This document shows positions 1 to 9,963 of a DNA stretch of 64,000 nt, piece by piece. Below the pieces are notes generated by a model, which made no database searches, was not told where the DNA came from, and saw nothing but the letters and a program-made list of their open reading frames with translations. This DNA is from Escherichia phage vB_vPM_PD112. Where the stretch lies: the sequence record NC_054928.1. One strand, 5' to 3'. The position numbers and the translations under genes were made by a program. Each line of letters opens with the position of its first letter. The stretch's first letter is position 1.

Positions 1-133
1 TTGCGTTATCAGAAAGAGACAAAACCCATGCTCGACGAATTTTATTTTGGTTTTGTGGATTTGAATCAGAACGCACGTGTTTTGGCTGAATATCTTTTAC
101 ATCAACAGTATAATTCACAGTAATTTTAGTCAT
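1..133 (-). CDS. hypothetical protein, N-terminal part only (gene runs off window start; rpbA position in T4 order)
   Basis: ATG at 131-133 on minus strand, ORF open to window edge ([14 protein letters not shown]...); identity not verified. Confidence 0.35.
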   Translation of the reverse strand, partial: MTKITVNYTVDVKDIQPKHVRSDSNPQNQNKIRRAWVLSLSDNA

Positions 134-142
134 AATACACCT

Positions 143-331
143 TTAGTCATAATAATCAGTAACAGTCCAAGCTTCATTTCTATTGGACATTATTTTTGTA
201 TATTCTGATTTAAATGCATTCCTAAGCATAGATTCAGTAACTATATGCTCTTCATTAGAAAAATTATTTCTCAGAATATATCGTTTTATTTCAGGAATAG
301 TTAATAGATGCTGTCCAGTTGAATATTCCAT
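143..331 (-). CDS. small hypothetical protein (62 aa)
   Basis: ORF track; ATG start; same strand and packing as flanking early genes. Confidence 0.5.
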   Translation of the reverse strand: MEYSTGQHLLTIPEIKRYILRNNFSNEEHIVTESMLRNAFKSEYTKIMSNRNEAWTVTDYYD

Positions 332-386
332 GTTTTTCCTCCATAGAGATTATACTCTAATAAATTAAAGCATAATCTCTTATAAA

Positions 387-2069
387 TTAAACCATTACAG
401 TAAATCGACCAACTTTCTTCATTTGAAGATGCTGACCATATTCTTGCGGGTCATGGTCTTTATGCGAAATTATAAAGACATTAGTGTTTTTCATTGAATT
501 TATAATATTAGCTACACCTTTAATACCTTCGGCATCAAATGACCCATCAAACACTTCATCAAGAATTAATGTACTAATACTAACACCAGATACGATAGAA
601 GCAATATCACGCCAAGTAAATAAAAGAGCAATATCAATTCGTGCCTTTTCGCCTTCACTAAATGAAGCATAACTAAAATCTTCACGACCACGGGATTTAA
701 TTGTCTCATTAAATTCTTCATCTAATGTAAACACATAATCCGCTTCCATTATTTTAAGATAATGGTTAATCTGCTTATTAAATAATGGAATGTACTTTTT
801 AATAATAGCACCTTTAATACCAGAATCTTTGAGCATATCAGTCAAAATTCCTCGGTGGTATTTTTCCATTACTAAATTAGTTTTTGTCTTAACAATTTTA
901 TCAAGTTCTTCTTGAAGCAGTGCTATTTCATCAGCATGGTCAATAAACTCAGAAGATGCTTTTTCTATAGCCGCTTTAACCTTTTTGGCTTTATCTACCG
1001 TCGTGATTAGAGATTGCTTTTTATTGCGAATATCATTTGCCAACGTCTGCTGGGTTTTAATATTATCTCGGTATTCATCAACAAGAACTTTTAAATTATC
1101 ACGATGCGTTGAAAGCTGTTCAAATGAATGCGTACATTCAGAAACTTTATCTTTAATTTTAGAAACAACTTTATCACCGGAACTTAATTGTGACAAACAG
1201 GTTGGACATAATCCACCTTCGTGATACATATTAATGACTTTATTATACGAATCAATTTTTGATTTAATTAAAAATGCTTCTTGACCAATTTTATTAAATG
1301 CATCAGTCGGGTCTTCATCTAAAACAATATTAACTAATCTTTCGTTAGCTTCTTCTATTTCCGATTTTAGTGTTCTAGCTTCTTTTGCCAAATCATCATA
1401 CATATTTTGCAGACGAGTAAGGTTTTCACCAGACAATTTTTTCTGGCGTTCAACATTATCGTTATATATTTTAATTTGTTGGATAATACTATCTTTTTTA
1501 ACATCAAGCACTTGGTTTTGTGAATTTAATTCACGTATTAGTGCTTTATTAAGCTTATCCATTTCAGCTAATGTTCCTACTTCGAGCAGGTCTTCGACGA
1601 GTTTTCTTCTTGCAGGAGTGGATAGGCCCATAAAAGGGGTATATCCAGCCGTGCCGAGTACGACGATCTGTTTGAAACTGGCGTATGACATTCCGATAAG
1701 CTGTTCAAATTCTGCTTGGAAATCTTTACTGCTGGCAGATTCATTAAGACGTGTACCGTTAACGGTGATTTCGAAAACATTTGGTTTTTGTCCTCTTTTG
1801 ATATAGTACTTTTTCTCATCATATTCCATCCACAGTTCAACTAAAAGTTCTTTCTTATTTGTGCTGTTTATTAATTGGCCTTTCTTTACATCACGAAATG
1901 GCTTGCCAAAAAGCCCAAATGTGATGGCTTCTAACATAGTAGACTTACCACCGCCATTTCGTCCAGTAATAAGAGTTTTTTGAACCTTATCTAGTTGAAT
2001 GTCAATCCCATTTTGACCAACTGACATTATATTTTTATATTTTACTCTATTAAGTTTAAAATTCTTCAC
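387..2069 (-). CDS. 46: recombination endonuclease subunit gp46 (Rad50/SbcC-like ATPase)
   Basis: 560 aa, same length as T4 gp46; Walker A GRNGGGKST; long coiled-coil middle; GTG start preceded by AAGGA. Confidence 0.9.
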   Translation of the reverse strand: MKNFKLNRVKYKNIMSVGQNGIDIQLDKVQKTLITGRNGGGKSTMLEAITFGLFGKPFRDVKKGQLINSTNKKELLVELWMEYDEKKYYIKRGQKPNVFEITVNGTRLNESASSKDFQAEFEQLIGMSYASFKQIVVLGTAGYTPFMGLSTPARRKLVEDLLEVGTLAEMDKLNKALIRELNSQNQVLDVKKDSIIQQIKIYNDNVERQKKLSGENLTRLQNMYDDLAKEARTLKSEIEEANERLVNIVLDEDPTDAFNKIGQEAFLIKSKIDSYNKVINMYHEGGLCPTCLSQLSSGDKVVSKIKDKVSECTHSFEQLSTHRDNLKVLVDEYRDNIKTQQTLANDIRNKKQSLITTVDKAKKVKAAIEKASSEFIDHADEIALLQEELDKIVKTKTNLVMEKYHRGILTDMLKDSGIKGAIIKKYIPLFNKQINHYLKIMEADYVFTLDEEFNETIKSRGREDFSYASFSEGEKARIDIALLFTWRDIASIVSGVSISTLILDEVFDGSFDAEGIKGVANIINSMKNTNVFIISHKDHDPQEYGQHLQMKKVGRFTVMV

Positions 2070-2329
2070 AAAAGATTCCTTTTAATGTATCTTTTAGACC
2101 ATTCTATCATATCATCATAATCTAAAAAGTATTCATCAAATTCAGCCATGCAAACAACACCTTGTGCTGCTTTTGATGTGATATAAATTATTCCAACATA
2201 TCTAGAATCTTCTTCGGTGTAATCAATATTTGCTATGAATTCATCGTTAATGTCAAATGTCGAAAACTTCACAGTATGCATCCTTAATACAAGATACAGC
2301 CATATCTCGTAATGATTTAGGTGTGTCAT
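2066..2329 (-). CDS. hypothetical protein (46.1 position)
   Basis: ORF track; overlaps next ORF, true start may be internal Met at 2281. Confidence 0.45.
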   Translation of the reverse strand: MTHLNHYEIWLYLVLRMHTVKFSTFDINDEFIANIDYTEEDSRYVGIIYITSKAAQGVVCMAEFDEYFLDYDDMIEWSKRYIKRNLL

Positions 2330-2516
2330 TATCTAAAATGTTGAAGTTAAAAGATACAGCCCAGTCAGTGCATACCGTAACCTTTTTAATACAATTATCT
2401 TCAACCTCTAGCGGTTCAAACCAATATTCAATAATTTCTTTATGCCCAATATCATCTTTTACTTCGCATTCAAAATGCTGACTCATCATAACATTTTTAA
2501 ATTCATCAAAAGTCAT
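2253..2516 (-). CDS. hypothetical protein (46.2 position)
   Basis: ORF track; ATG start overlapping gp47 stop. Confidence 0.5.
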   Translation of the reverse strand: MTFDEFKNVMMSQHFECEVKDDIGHKEIIEYWFEPLEVEDNCIKKVTVCTDWAVSFNFNILDNDTPKSLRDMAVSCIKDAYCEVFDI

Positions 2517-3532
2517 TGTGTTGCCTCTACATATAACTGATTTGCATATTGAATAAGTGCTTCGCGGTCAGAATCAGTGATGTCTGGAATTGCATTAATG
2601 TATTCTTCCATCAACGTCTGAAGAGATTGAACTTCTACTTCTTCGCTATCATCTGACTCGACAGAGTTATCAATCTTTGACACAACTCGTAATGAATGCA
2701 CAACTTTTTCTAGTTCAGATTCGAACTTCGTTAGATTTTTGTCTACTTCAGTTACTATAACACGTACTGATAGATTTGTAAAATCTTTATAGTCAATTTT
2801 TCCTTTAAATGGATAATGAATTCTACGATGCCAGGTAGTATTGTTTGGAATAAATTCCATTCGTTCTGTTTCTGTATCAAACATCCAGAACCCACGAGGG
2901 TCATTCTCGTCACCTGCAGTTAGTGTCCATGGTGTCCCAATATATCTGACGTTAGCAGCCTCAGAGATAGTATGGAAGTGACCAGACCACACTTCTTTAT
3001 AAGTCTTAAGGAAATCAGGTTCAAGACCGTGAGATTTCATTCCTTTATAAAAATAAAATCCATTCAGTTCCCAGTGACCAACACAAAAGGAAGCAGATGA
3101 AGTTTTAATATGTTCAAGAATTTCACCGGTATTTTCTTCACACATCCAAGGAATTAAATCAATCAAACACCCGTCAAAATCTACTGTAGTAGGCTTATCA
3201 TATACTTTAACATTAGGATATTTAGCCAAAAGCTCAGTAGAAGCATTTGGATGCATTACATTTTTATAGTGGAGATCGTGATTTCCTACAATAGTATGTA
3301 ATGTGATTCCAGCGTCATCAAGCATTTGAACTATTTCACGGGCAAACTCCATAGTTTTATGCGTGATCGCTTTTCGTACATCAAAAATATCACCGTATTG
3401 AATCCAGGTAGTAATTCCATTTTTCTTAGAATATTCTATTGCTTGTTTAATTCCATCAATTTGAATACCGCGAATCCATTCATCATCAGCTTTAACGCCT
3501 AAATGCCAATCACCTAAATTTAAAATTTTCAT
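2513..3532 (-). CDS. 47: recombination endonuclease subunit gp47 (Mre11/SbcD-like phosphoesterase)
   Basis: 339 aa as in T4; calcineurin-like motifs GDWHLG, GDIFD, GNHDL. Confidence 0.9.
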   Translation of the reverse strand: MKILNLGDWHLGVKADDEWIRGIQIDGIKQAIEYSKKNGITTWIQYGDIFDVRKAITHKTMEFAREIVQMLDDAGITLHTIVGNHDLHYKNVMHPNASTELLAKYPNVKVYDKPTTVDFDGCLIDLIPWMCEENTGEILEHIKTSSASFCVGHWELNGFYFYKGMKSHGLEPDFLKTYKEVWSGHFHTISEAANVRYIGTPWTLTAGDENDPRGFWMFDTETERMEFIPNNTTWHRRIHYPFKGKIDYKDFTNLSVRVIVTEVDKNLTKFESELEKVVHSLRVVSKIDNSVESDDSEEVEVQSLQTLMEEYINAIPDITDSDREALIQYANQLYVEATQ

Positions 3533-3708
3533 ATATCAAGAACCGTCATTGAAATGCAAAATAAAATTATTGAAATAAACCCATCTGGTGTGCTAAAGAA
3601 CCCAATCCAACACGCTCTGGTGAACAAATAAAACGCGAGAAAAAGTATCACATATCCAAGAAATATCATTATATCAAACTCCGTATAAAGCTAAAGGGCC
3701 GAAGCCCT

Positions 3709-4911
3709 TTATTTTGTAATAATGTCAAACTGCTCTTTAAAGCAGAAGCTTGAATCTTGGTGCTGATACAAAAATTCATAAGCTTTTTCGCGTTCACGGT
3801 CATAAAGAGCTCGGTCAGATGACAGTTCTTTAATACGTTCAAATGTTGATTCCATGTCATTTTCATCAAACCAAACGATACCGCTATCGTGCGAAATTAA
3901 TGGAGTATTATCAACACGGAATTTTAAATTTTCGCCAGTAGATTTCCAAAATACTGGAATTGTTCCACATGCACCAAGCTCGAGATGAGTATATTCTAAA
4001 GAACGCTGTAGATATTTTTTATCTAATTTACTCAGCTGATAACCAAATCCGGATTTACTCATGCGTTCAAGCATTTCGCTATTTACATAACGGTCGAGAA
4101 TTTGCGTCGGCAAATTAGGAGCAATTTTAATTTGGTCTACTTGATGAAGACGATAATACTCGTATGGAATTCCTTTTTCTTTAATAGGAATGAAAGCTGG
4201 AGAACGTTCCAGACCTTCCATAATAGTACTTAGTCCTGCAGGTTTAAGATGTTTTTCGTGAAAATCAAACATCTGATAAAAGCCTTTCCATGTAGTAGTA
4301 CGACCAATCCAACGGTTGATATTCATGTTAATTTCAGAAACATCTTTCCAGTAGGTTGATCGAACCTTCGCAATATCCATAGGAGGCTGAAAGTTATATA
4401 CGGTCGGTGCTTCTTCAATATCATCAAACAGAGAAACAGTTTCCGGATACCATTCTTTCATCAAAACTTTATTAAAGTCACCATTATCAGAATGGCTAAA
4501 AATAACATCAGCTCGACGAACAGTTTCTTCTAATCCCAAATTTCGGCGTAAAGAAAGAGAAGAATGGTCATGCTGATAAACTACAACACGAACCGAAGGT
4601 TTAATGTTATCAATAATTTTTTTATAGTTATTAATAGTGTCTTCTTCTACTGAAGTAGCAGGAACTGAATTGATAATTAGAATATCACAATCATTTACCA
4701 ACTTAAGTGTTTTATCGTATTCTTTTGCCAATAAAACCGGAATTGAAAATGACTTATAATCATGCGCGCAATTACGAGTAAATGATTTATCTTTAGCATA
4801 AACCAAAGTTACTTCATGACCATTTTTAATAAACCAATCACGCTGCTCAAGAGAAAATTTAGTTACACCGCAACCTTCAAGACCTCGAGCCATAAAAATA
4901 CATGCTTTCAT
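3709..4911 (-). CDS. agt: DNA alpha-glucosyltransferase (hmC-DNA glucosylation)
   Basis: 400 aa; near-identical to recalled T4 alpha-gt sequence over its length. Confidence 0.9.
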   Translation of the reverse strand: MKACIFMARGLEGCGVTKFSLEQRDWFIKNGHEVTLVYAKDKSFTRNCAHDYKSFSIPVLLAKEYDKTLKLVNDCDILIINSVPATSVEEDTINNYKKIIDNIKPSVRVVVYQHDHSSLSLRRNLGLEETVRRADVIFSHSDNGDFNKVLMKEWYPETVSLFDDIEEAPTVYNFQPPMDIAKVRSTYWKDVSEINMNINRWIGRTTTWKGFYQMFDFHEKHLKPAGLSTIMEGLERSPAFIPIKEKGIPYEYYRLHQVDQIKIAPNLPTQILDRYVNSEMLERMSKSGFGYQLSKLDKKYLQRSLEYTHLELGACGTIPVFWKSTGENLKFRVDNTPLISHDSGIVWFDENDMESTFERIKELSSDRALYDREREKAYEFLYQHQDSSFCFKEQFDIITK

Positions 4912-5154
4912 TTAATATCCTCATTGTTTTGGTTTATTTTACCAAAAATTTATAAAGCAATATAGGAGCCGAAGCTCCTATCCACATAATACACCATACA
5001 GAGGCTCATTAGAGCTTCTAAATTTTATACGTTTATATGTTATAGTTCCTTCTGCTTTAGCTTTATCATGAGACTCTTTAAAGCGCCTCATCATTTCTAC
5101 TTTAGAGGAACGAATTTTATTATAATCTATTTCAGAAGTCTGGGTGTTCATCTT

Positions 5155-5358
5155 TCACAGTTGCCACCATTTTTTGACTTGATAAGAATCAACCCACACT
5201 TTCATATTAGGGTCTGCTCTTACAATAGGAGGATTAACTTCTTTAATTGAACTATCATGGTATTCTTTTTCAGAAATTTTCACGCAAAGATGACCATTCA
5301 AAGATTCAGTAAATCCTGCATTAATTTTAAGACGCTTGAATTTTACGTGTGTAAGCAT
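5155..5358 (-). CDS. hypothetical protein
   Basis: ORF track (TTG-extended); first ATG is residue 2. Confidence 0.45.
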   Translation of the reverse strand: MLTHVKFKRLKINAGFTESLNGHLCVKISEKEYHDSSIKEVNPPIVRADPNMKVWVDSYQVKKWWQL

Positions 5359-5644
5359 CAATCATATCCTCAATCTGCGATCTAGTAGTCTTCCAAAGAA
5401 TACTGATGAGTTCATCGTTATATGGCTGTTTTAGAATATCCCGACTTTTCTTGATAGCATATTCGTATTGAGCAAAATTATTATTTTCAGCTGCAATCTG
5501 AGCGTGCTTATAAAGACGATTCAGTTCGCGTTTGTTTTTAGACAATAACTTATTTGCTTTTCTTTCTGCTTCAAGACGGTTCTTTTCTTCAATAGAAGAA
5601 ATAAGCTTTTCCACTTCATCATTAATTTCGGGTTTATCAGTCAT
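5327..5644 (-). CDS. hypothetical coiled-coil protein
   Basis: ORF track; ATG start; charged helical sequence. Confidence 0.5.
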   Translation of the reverse strand: MTDKPEINDEVEKLISSIEEKNRLEAERKANKLLSKNKRELNRLYKHAQIAAENNNFAQYEYAIKKSRDILKQPYNDELISILWKTTRSQIEDMIDAYTRKIQAS

Positions 5645-5645
5645 A

Positions 5646-5864
5646 TTATTTCTCTAATATAAAATAAAAATCATCATCTGTTAAATGATACCGATAGTTT
5701 AATTCTACACCATTAGATTTAAAAGCGGTATCATACGGATTTTCTGGATCAATATCAATGTCAAGAGCTAAAACTTCCCTGAGATACATTTTAAGTAAAT
5801 AGGGAATAGCTTCAACTTCAGGTATTTCTTCCAAGAATCCGGAGAGGTTAATCGTTAGCCTCAT
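5646..5864 (-). CDS. hypothetical protein
   Basis: ORF track; ATG start. Confidence 0.5.
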
Positions 5865-6405
5865 ATAAAAAATCCAAACTAGGAGAATCGTCTACAACAC
5901 TTTTCTTTTCAGCCCCCGGTGTTCTATAGGTTGATTCTTCGTAATGCGTCATTTTATCGTAGATGTCTTGAATAAAAGTTTCATCTACTAACGCAACCAT
6001 ATCGTCGTCACGACTGTCATAGACATTGTGAACGAAGTAACTATATTTCTTTGCAACTTCCTTACGTTCTTTTTTAATACGCTGGACGAATGCATTAAAA
6101 CAAGCTTGAGTTATATATGCATGTGGGTTTTTATATTTCGTTTCATCAAAATTATGAAGCCCCTTAATAGAAGCTTCTATACCATCTGCAATCATTTCTT
6201 GTTTCCAAGATTGGGTGTATCCTGAAAAGTTGAAACGTTTAGATAAGCCTTCTGCAATAAGCATAATGGCTAATCCGATAGTATCATTCTGACGAACTAC
6301 TTTATTTGGGTCTTTATTATTTGCTAATTCTGTTTTCCAATCAATAATAGCTTGTAAAAGCTCTTTATTGTTTACGTAATTATATTTAGGCTTAGTTTCT
6401 GACAT
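5848..6405 (-). CDS. 55: late-transcription sigma factor gp55
   Basis: Track ORF is 187 aa from GTG; ATG at residue 3 gives 185 aa as in T4 gp55; GAGGTG SD upstream. Confidence 0.85.
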
Positions 6406-6483
6406 TTTCACCTCTTAGCTCAATTCATAGATCTATTATATCATAATATTTTAAGATCTATCTTAAAGCATAGAGGATATCAG

Positions 6484-6753
6484 TTATCTAAGTAAACAGT
6501 ATGCTTGGAACACTTTCTCCATCATCTTTTTAAATTCATGAATATCTATGTAATGATCATTAATATCAGCACGATATAAAAAGTCTAAAAACTTTTCATG
6601 TGTGCTAACATATTCACTTTCATTTAATTCAGAAACATGGCTTTCCCAATATCCAACACCAGTCTTATTTGGGAAAAATGAAATTTTCATATATTGGTCA
6701 ACATAGAAAATTCCATAATTTTCAATAGTAATAGAAATATTAATAAATTTCAT
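6484..6753 (-). CDS. hypothetical protein
   Basis: ORF track; ATG start. Confidence 0.5.
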   Translation of the reverse strand: MKFINISITIENYGIFYVDQYMKISFFPNKTGVGYWESHVSELNESEYVSTHEKFLDFLYRADINDHYIDIHEFKKMMEKVFQAYCLLR

Positions 6754-6971
6754 GTATTCATCAACTTAGCCGCTTCAAGAGCTGCATCTAGTGAATCAAA
6801 TTGATCGACATATTCAATCAATTCGCCGTAATTAGCGTATAACCACCATTGGCTAAATTCATACTCAAGGATGAATCCATTTCCTTCAATTTGAGTTAAA
6901 CCAATGCCGTTTGTATTTACTTCATATCCGGCAAGACGCAAATCGTTAATAAGAGCTTCGTTCATATTCAT
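6750..6971 (-). CDS. hypothetical protein
   Basis: ORF track; 4-nt overlap coupling with neighbours. Confidence 0.5.
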   Translation of the reverse strand: MNMNEALINDLRLAGYEVNTNGIGLTQIEGNGFILEYEFSQWWLYANYGELIEYVDQFDSLDAALEAAKLMNT

Positions 6972-7294
6972 ACCTTAGCAATTTTCAGGTCAGCAAATTT
7001 TTTCTTGCGTTGATTTTTCATACGACGAATAGTTTTATCAGAAATTTCATGCTTTTGATAAGCTTTAGATTCTACGCCAAAAGCTTTAACATCAAATTCT
7101 GACAAGATATATTGAACCAACAATTCACGAATAGTATTTCGTCCAATTTTCTGATCATTCTGTTTCATCATCTGATGAAGCTCTTTTTCCCATTTATCCA
7201 AAATTTGAGGAGTTACAATATCGCCTTTTTCTAGCAGAGAAACTACTTTATCATATGCATAAGAATTGATGGCGTTTTTAATTTGAATAGTCAT
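6968..7294 (-). CDS. hypothetical protein
   Basis: ORF track; ATG start. Confidence 0.5.
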   Translation of the reverse strand: MTIQIKNAINSYAYDKVVSLLEKGDIVTPQILDKWEKELHQMMKQNDQKIGRNTIRELLVQYILSEFDVKAFGVESKAYQKHEISDKTIRRMKNQRKKKFADLKIAKV

Positions 7295-7330
7295 ACATTA
7301 TCCTCAATTGCGTTAAAATTTTATTATCCA

Positions 7331-7352
7331 AAAAGGGCCGAAGCCCTTAGCT
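7331..7352 (-). terminator. rho-independent terminator
   Basis: GGGCTTCGGCCC hairpin then TTTTT on minus strand. Confidence 0.55.
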
Positions 7353-7547
7353 AAACTGTTTGGCGCCCTTCCAGCCTTCGTACATCATTGCGGCTGATAT
7401 TAATATTGCCCCTGAACAGCTTGAATATTTGTGATTCCAAAACCAGTTCAGAAAAACTTCGTCATCAATACCTTGGGCTATCATATTTTCAAAGAACTGA
7501 CGACGAGCTTCGGCAATTCGTTGCGATAATTTAGATTCAGGATTCAT
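7347..7547 (-). CDS. hypothetical protein
   Basis: ORF track; ATG start; terminator hairpin overlaps its 3' end. Confidence 0.5.
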   Translation of the reverse strand: MNPESKLSQRIAEARRQFFENMIAQGIDDEVFLNWFWNHKYSSCSGAILISAAMMYEGWKGAKQFS

Positions 7548-7760
7548 TTAAATTTTCCAATTGCCGTTTTCATCAATGAATTTAATCCAGTCATTTACTG
7601 ACCACTTGGTCGTATCACCTTTTGGAGCAACATTTAAAGTGTATAATCCTTGTTTAAAAAGCATACGTTTGATATTCATATTTTCCTCAGCTGTAACGAT
7701 AGCACTCGTTTGATTTACGTTTAGCAACTCGTTGAGAAGTATTATAATCAAAATCGTCAT
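7548..7760 (-). CDS. hypothetical protein
   Basis: ORF track (TTG-extended); ATG at residue 2. Confidence 0.45.
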   Translation of the reverse strand: MTILIIILLNELLNVNQTSAIVTAEENMNIKRMLFKQGLYTLNVAPKGDTTKWSVNDWIKFIDENGNWKI

Positions 7761-7980
7761 CAATGTAAACTGATTTTTTCAACTTTCTTACTTCACTACG
7801 TAATTGACGATTTAACTCATCTTTAACTTCTGAATCAATGCCTTTCATTCTACGCCATTTATCTGAGCGAAAAATGTTTTCAACCATATCTTTATGACTT
7901 ACGCCATCAGGAGCTTTGCGCTTTCCAAAATAGTCATAATCACGTACTTTTAAATCTTTACGACGATATGTTTTACCCAT
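7687..7980 (-). CDS. hypothetical basic protein
   Basis: Track ORF starts at GTG; internal ATG (residue 16) preceded by AGGAAA. Confidence 0.5.
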   Translation of the reverse strand: MGKTYRRKDLKVRDYDYFGKRKAPDGVSHKDMVENIFRSDKWRRMKGIDSEVKDELNRQLRSEVRKLKKSVYIDDDFDYNTSQRVAKRKSNECYRYS

Positions 7981-8155
7981 GGAGTTTAATTTCCTTAGCA
8001 ACTGAACTAAATACAGCACGATCACAAATCATCTGTTTATGTAACTTAAGTATAAGATAATAAACTTCAAAACCGTTTACATAAGTAACACGAACAACAT
8101 TACCATTAATAAAATAATATTGTCCCTTTTTAATTTCTTTATCAACCACAACCAT
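7973..8155 (-). CDS. hypothetical protein
   Basis: ORF track; ATG start; early promoter just upstream. Confidence 0.45.
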   Translation of the reverse strand: MVVVDKEIKKGQYYFINGNVVRVTYVNGFEVYYLILKLHKQMICDRAVFSSVAKEIKLHG

Positions 8156-8185
8156 ATCAATTCCTCAAAGGTAATTCATATGTTA

Positions 8186-8215
8186 ATAATACCACAGTTT
8201 GAACTTGTTGTAAAC
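8186..8215 (-). promoter_or_regulatory. T4-type early promoter (GTTTAC -35, TGGTATTAT extended -10)
   Basis: Conserved -35 GTTTACA and UP-like TTTCACAAAGTTG on minus strand; approx coordinates. Confidence 0.5.
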
Positions 8216-8295
8216 AACTTTGTGAAAAATATTTTAGGGAATGATAAGAAAGGAACGATAGCTTAGAATGGTAATATACAGAATGTGAAAAAGAA

Positions 8296-8313
8296 AGGCC
8301 CAGAGGGCCCGTC
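8296..8313 (-). terminator. rho-independent terminator after nrdH
   Basis: GGGCCC-TCT-GGGCC hairpin followed by TTTCTTTTT on minus strand. Confidence 0.55.
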
Positions 8314-8637
8314 TTAATCTTCTATGATATCTCTATCATATCCAAGTGAAATGAGAGTTTCTTTGAAGTGTTTAATGTTCTTTTGTCTAGAATCATTAAT
8401 GAAAATGACTGGATAACGAATGTTAAGAGATGTGAATCCAGCGCGTTTAGCAAGAGATACAATCAGTGGACGATCATACTCAATCTTACCATTATTTGTA
8501 AGAACTTTATAGAAAGTAAAAGGAGCATTGAGCTCCTTTAGAAGTTTTGTAACTGATTGACATCCAGGACAACGACCTACTTCATCTGGAATTCCATAGA
8601 CTTCAATCTTATTCTTTGAGTTCGAGTTTTGTTCCAC
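8314..8637 (-). CDS. nrdH: glutaredoxin-like protein NrdH
   Basis: CPGC redox motif; track ORF over-extended 158 nt into upstream gene; proposed GTG start at residue 44 with AAGGA SD. Confidence 0.6.
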   Translation of the reverse strand: MEQNSNSKNKIEVYGIPDEVGRCPGCQSVTKLLKELNAPFTFYKVLTNNGKIEYDRPLIVSLAKRAGFTSLNIRYPVIFINDSRQKNIKHFKETLISLGYDRDIIED

Positions 8638-8920
8638 GAGAAATAATTCCTTGATAAGCCCAGTATGGCGGGTTAACAGAATCATCGCCAGAATTTTCTT
8701 CAGGAAAATAAACCTGGATAACAAATCCAGATGCATCAAAGGTAAAATAAACCGTAGGCAGTTCACCTAACAATTCAGCACGAGCATTAATTTCTTCGAG
8801 ATCTCGTTCACGTCCAGCCCAAAAACTAGGATTTAGACTACATTCATAGAAATAATAGTCATTACCGAACATATCAAAACCCTTCCAACTCTCTACCACA
8901 TATCGCTCAAAACTAATCAT
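8609..8920 (-). CDS. hypothetical protein
   Basis: ORF track; ATG start. Confidence 0.5.
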   Translation of the reverse strand: MISFERYVVESWKGFDMFGNDYYFYECSLNPSFWAGRERDLEEINARAELLGELPTVYFTFDASGFVIQVYFPEENSGDDSVNPPYWAYQGIISRGTKLELKE

Positions 8921-8922
8921 AA

Positions 8923-9138
8923 TTAGGCCTTTTTATCAAGAACAGCATTTAGTTTGTTAGTAATTTTATCCAGACGCTCATTGAACTCGCTAGAAGATAG
9001 TCCTTTTTCTGGAGAAATTAAGCTAATCACGAAAAATATAGCAATAAAAGGAATAAGAAAAATAGCACCAACTGCCATAAACAAAAAGAACGTTACAGTT
9101 GTAAGAAAATCAGCTAAACCTTTACGAAATTTATACAT
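8923..9138 (-). CDS. small membrane protein
   Basis: ORF track; one long hydrophobic helix. Confidence 0.5.
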   Translation of the reverse strand: MYKFRKGLADFLTTVTFFLFMAVGAIFLIPFIAIFFVISLISPEKGLSSSEFNERLDKITNKLNAVLDKKA

Positions 9139-9253
9139 ATTTTACCCTTAATTGATTAACCAAGCATTGATAAGCACTAAACTATACTGTGAATAAAATT
9201 CTGGACCAAAATGAAAAATCATATCATTTATAGTATCCATAATGTAATTCAAT

Positions 9254-9724
9254 TTAATCATGTTTCCACACCCCATCGGTATTTGACCAAAGTCGCTGAT
9301 TATCTGATCCTCGCCACAGCTTTTTGGTCGGAAGATTTTTCTCATACTTCCCATCAATAATAACATCAACATATTTAAGCATTTCTAGTTGTTTAATATC
9401 TTCAAACTTATATCCTGTCCACAACCAAATGCTTTTATTGGGATAAAGATTTTTTACTGTTTGAACAATGCAATGAACATCATCTCGGTTATCAGGATAA
9501 AGAGGGTCTCCTCCAGTTATAGTTAATCCTTCTATATAATCATTATTCAAACATTCAATTAATTGTTCTAGTGTTTCACCAGTGAATGGAACGCCATTTC
9601 TAGCATTCCATGTTGATTTATTATAACACCCTTCACATTTATGCAAACACCCCGTAACGAAAAGAACGACCCTGCATCCAGGGCCATTTACAAAGCAGCA
9701 CGGGTATATTCTGTCATAATTCAT
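9254..9724 (-). CDS. nrdG: anaerobic ribonucleotide reductase activating protein NrdG (radical SAM)
   Basis: CxxxCxxC cluster (CLHKCEGC); ATG at residue 8 gives 156 aa as in T4. Confidence 0.85.
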   Translation of the reverse strand: MNYDRIYPCCFVNGPGCRVVLFVTGCLHKCEGCYNKSTWNARNGVPFTGETLEQLIECLNNDYIEGLTITGGDPLYPDNRDDVHCIVQTVKNLYPNKSIWLWTGYKFEDIKQLEMLKYVDVIIDGKYEKNLPTKKLWRGSDNQRLWSNTDGVWKHD

Positions 9725-9963
9725 AATAATATCCAATTTTTCCAAGCTTCATCAGTAGAATTACAGCGTTTTAGTATAAGATGTCTAGAAACTTTTATGG
9801 CATTTGAGCACTTTTTAATTGAATCATATTTTAATAAAGCGGCACGAATCAATGTTCCTGACCCCATATAACCGTCATTTATGTTATCGGTGCTATGCGC
9901 ACCGATATATTCCTTTGAATTAATTATATTTGTTATTTTATAAATTATATAATACCTATGCAT
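9721..9963 (-). CDS. GIY-YIG nuclease domain-only ORF (truncated seg-like homing endonuclease remnant)
   Basis: 80 aa with YIIYKITN...EYIGAHST motif similar to segB N-terminus; no DNA-binding domain; overlaps nrdD 3' end by 8 nt. Confidence 0.55.
   Translation of the reverse strand: MHRYYIIYKITNIINSKEYIGAHSTDNINDGYMGSGTLIRAALLKYDSIKKCSNAIKVSRHLILKRCNSTDEAWKNWILL

Noticed and set aside
183-1840. Plus-strand ORFs (183-368, 484-672, 985-1224, 1618-1806) and minus-strand 1577-1840 inside gene 46
   Set aside because: Antisense or alternative-frame to a well-supported 560-aa gp46 ORF; no start context; typical AT-rich spurious frames. Same reasoning for other short antisense ORFs within minus-strand genes up to 43748.
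3669-3869. 66-codon minus-strand ORF overlapping the 3' end of the alpha-glucosyltransferase gene
   Set aside because: Alternative frame within a confidently identified gene; no independent support.
8314-8766. Longest-ORF start of nrdH (150 aa from GTG at 8766), and similar upstream-extended starts elsewhere
   Set aside because: The track accepts GTG/TTG starts; the extension overlaps the upstream gene by 158 nt and precedes the AAGGA ribosome-binding site, so an internal start was chosen.
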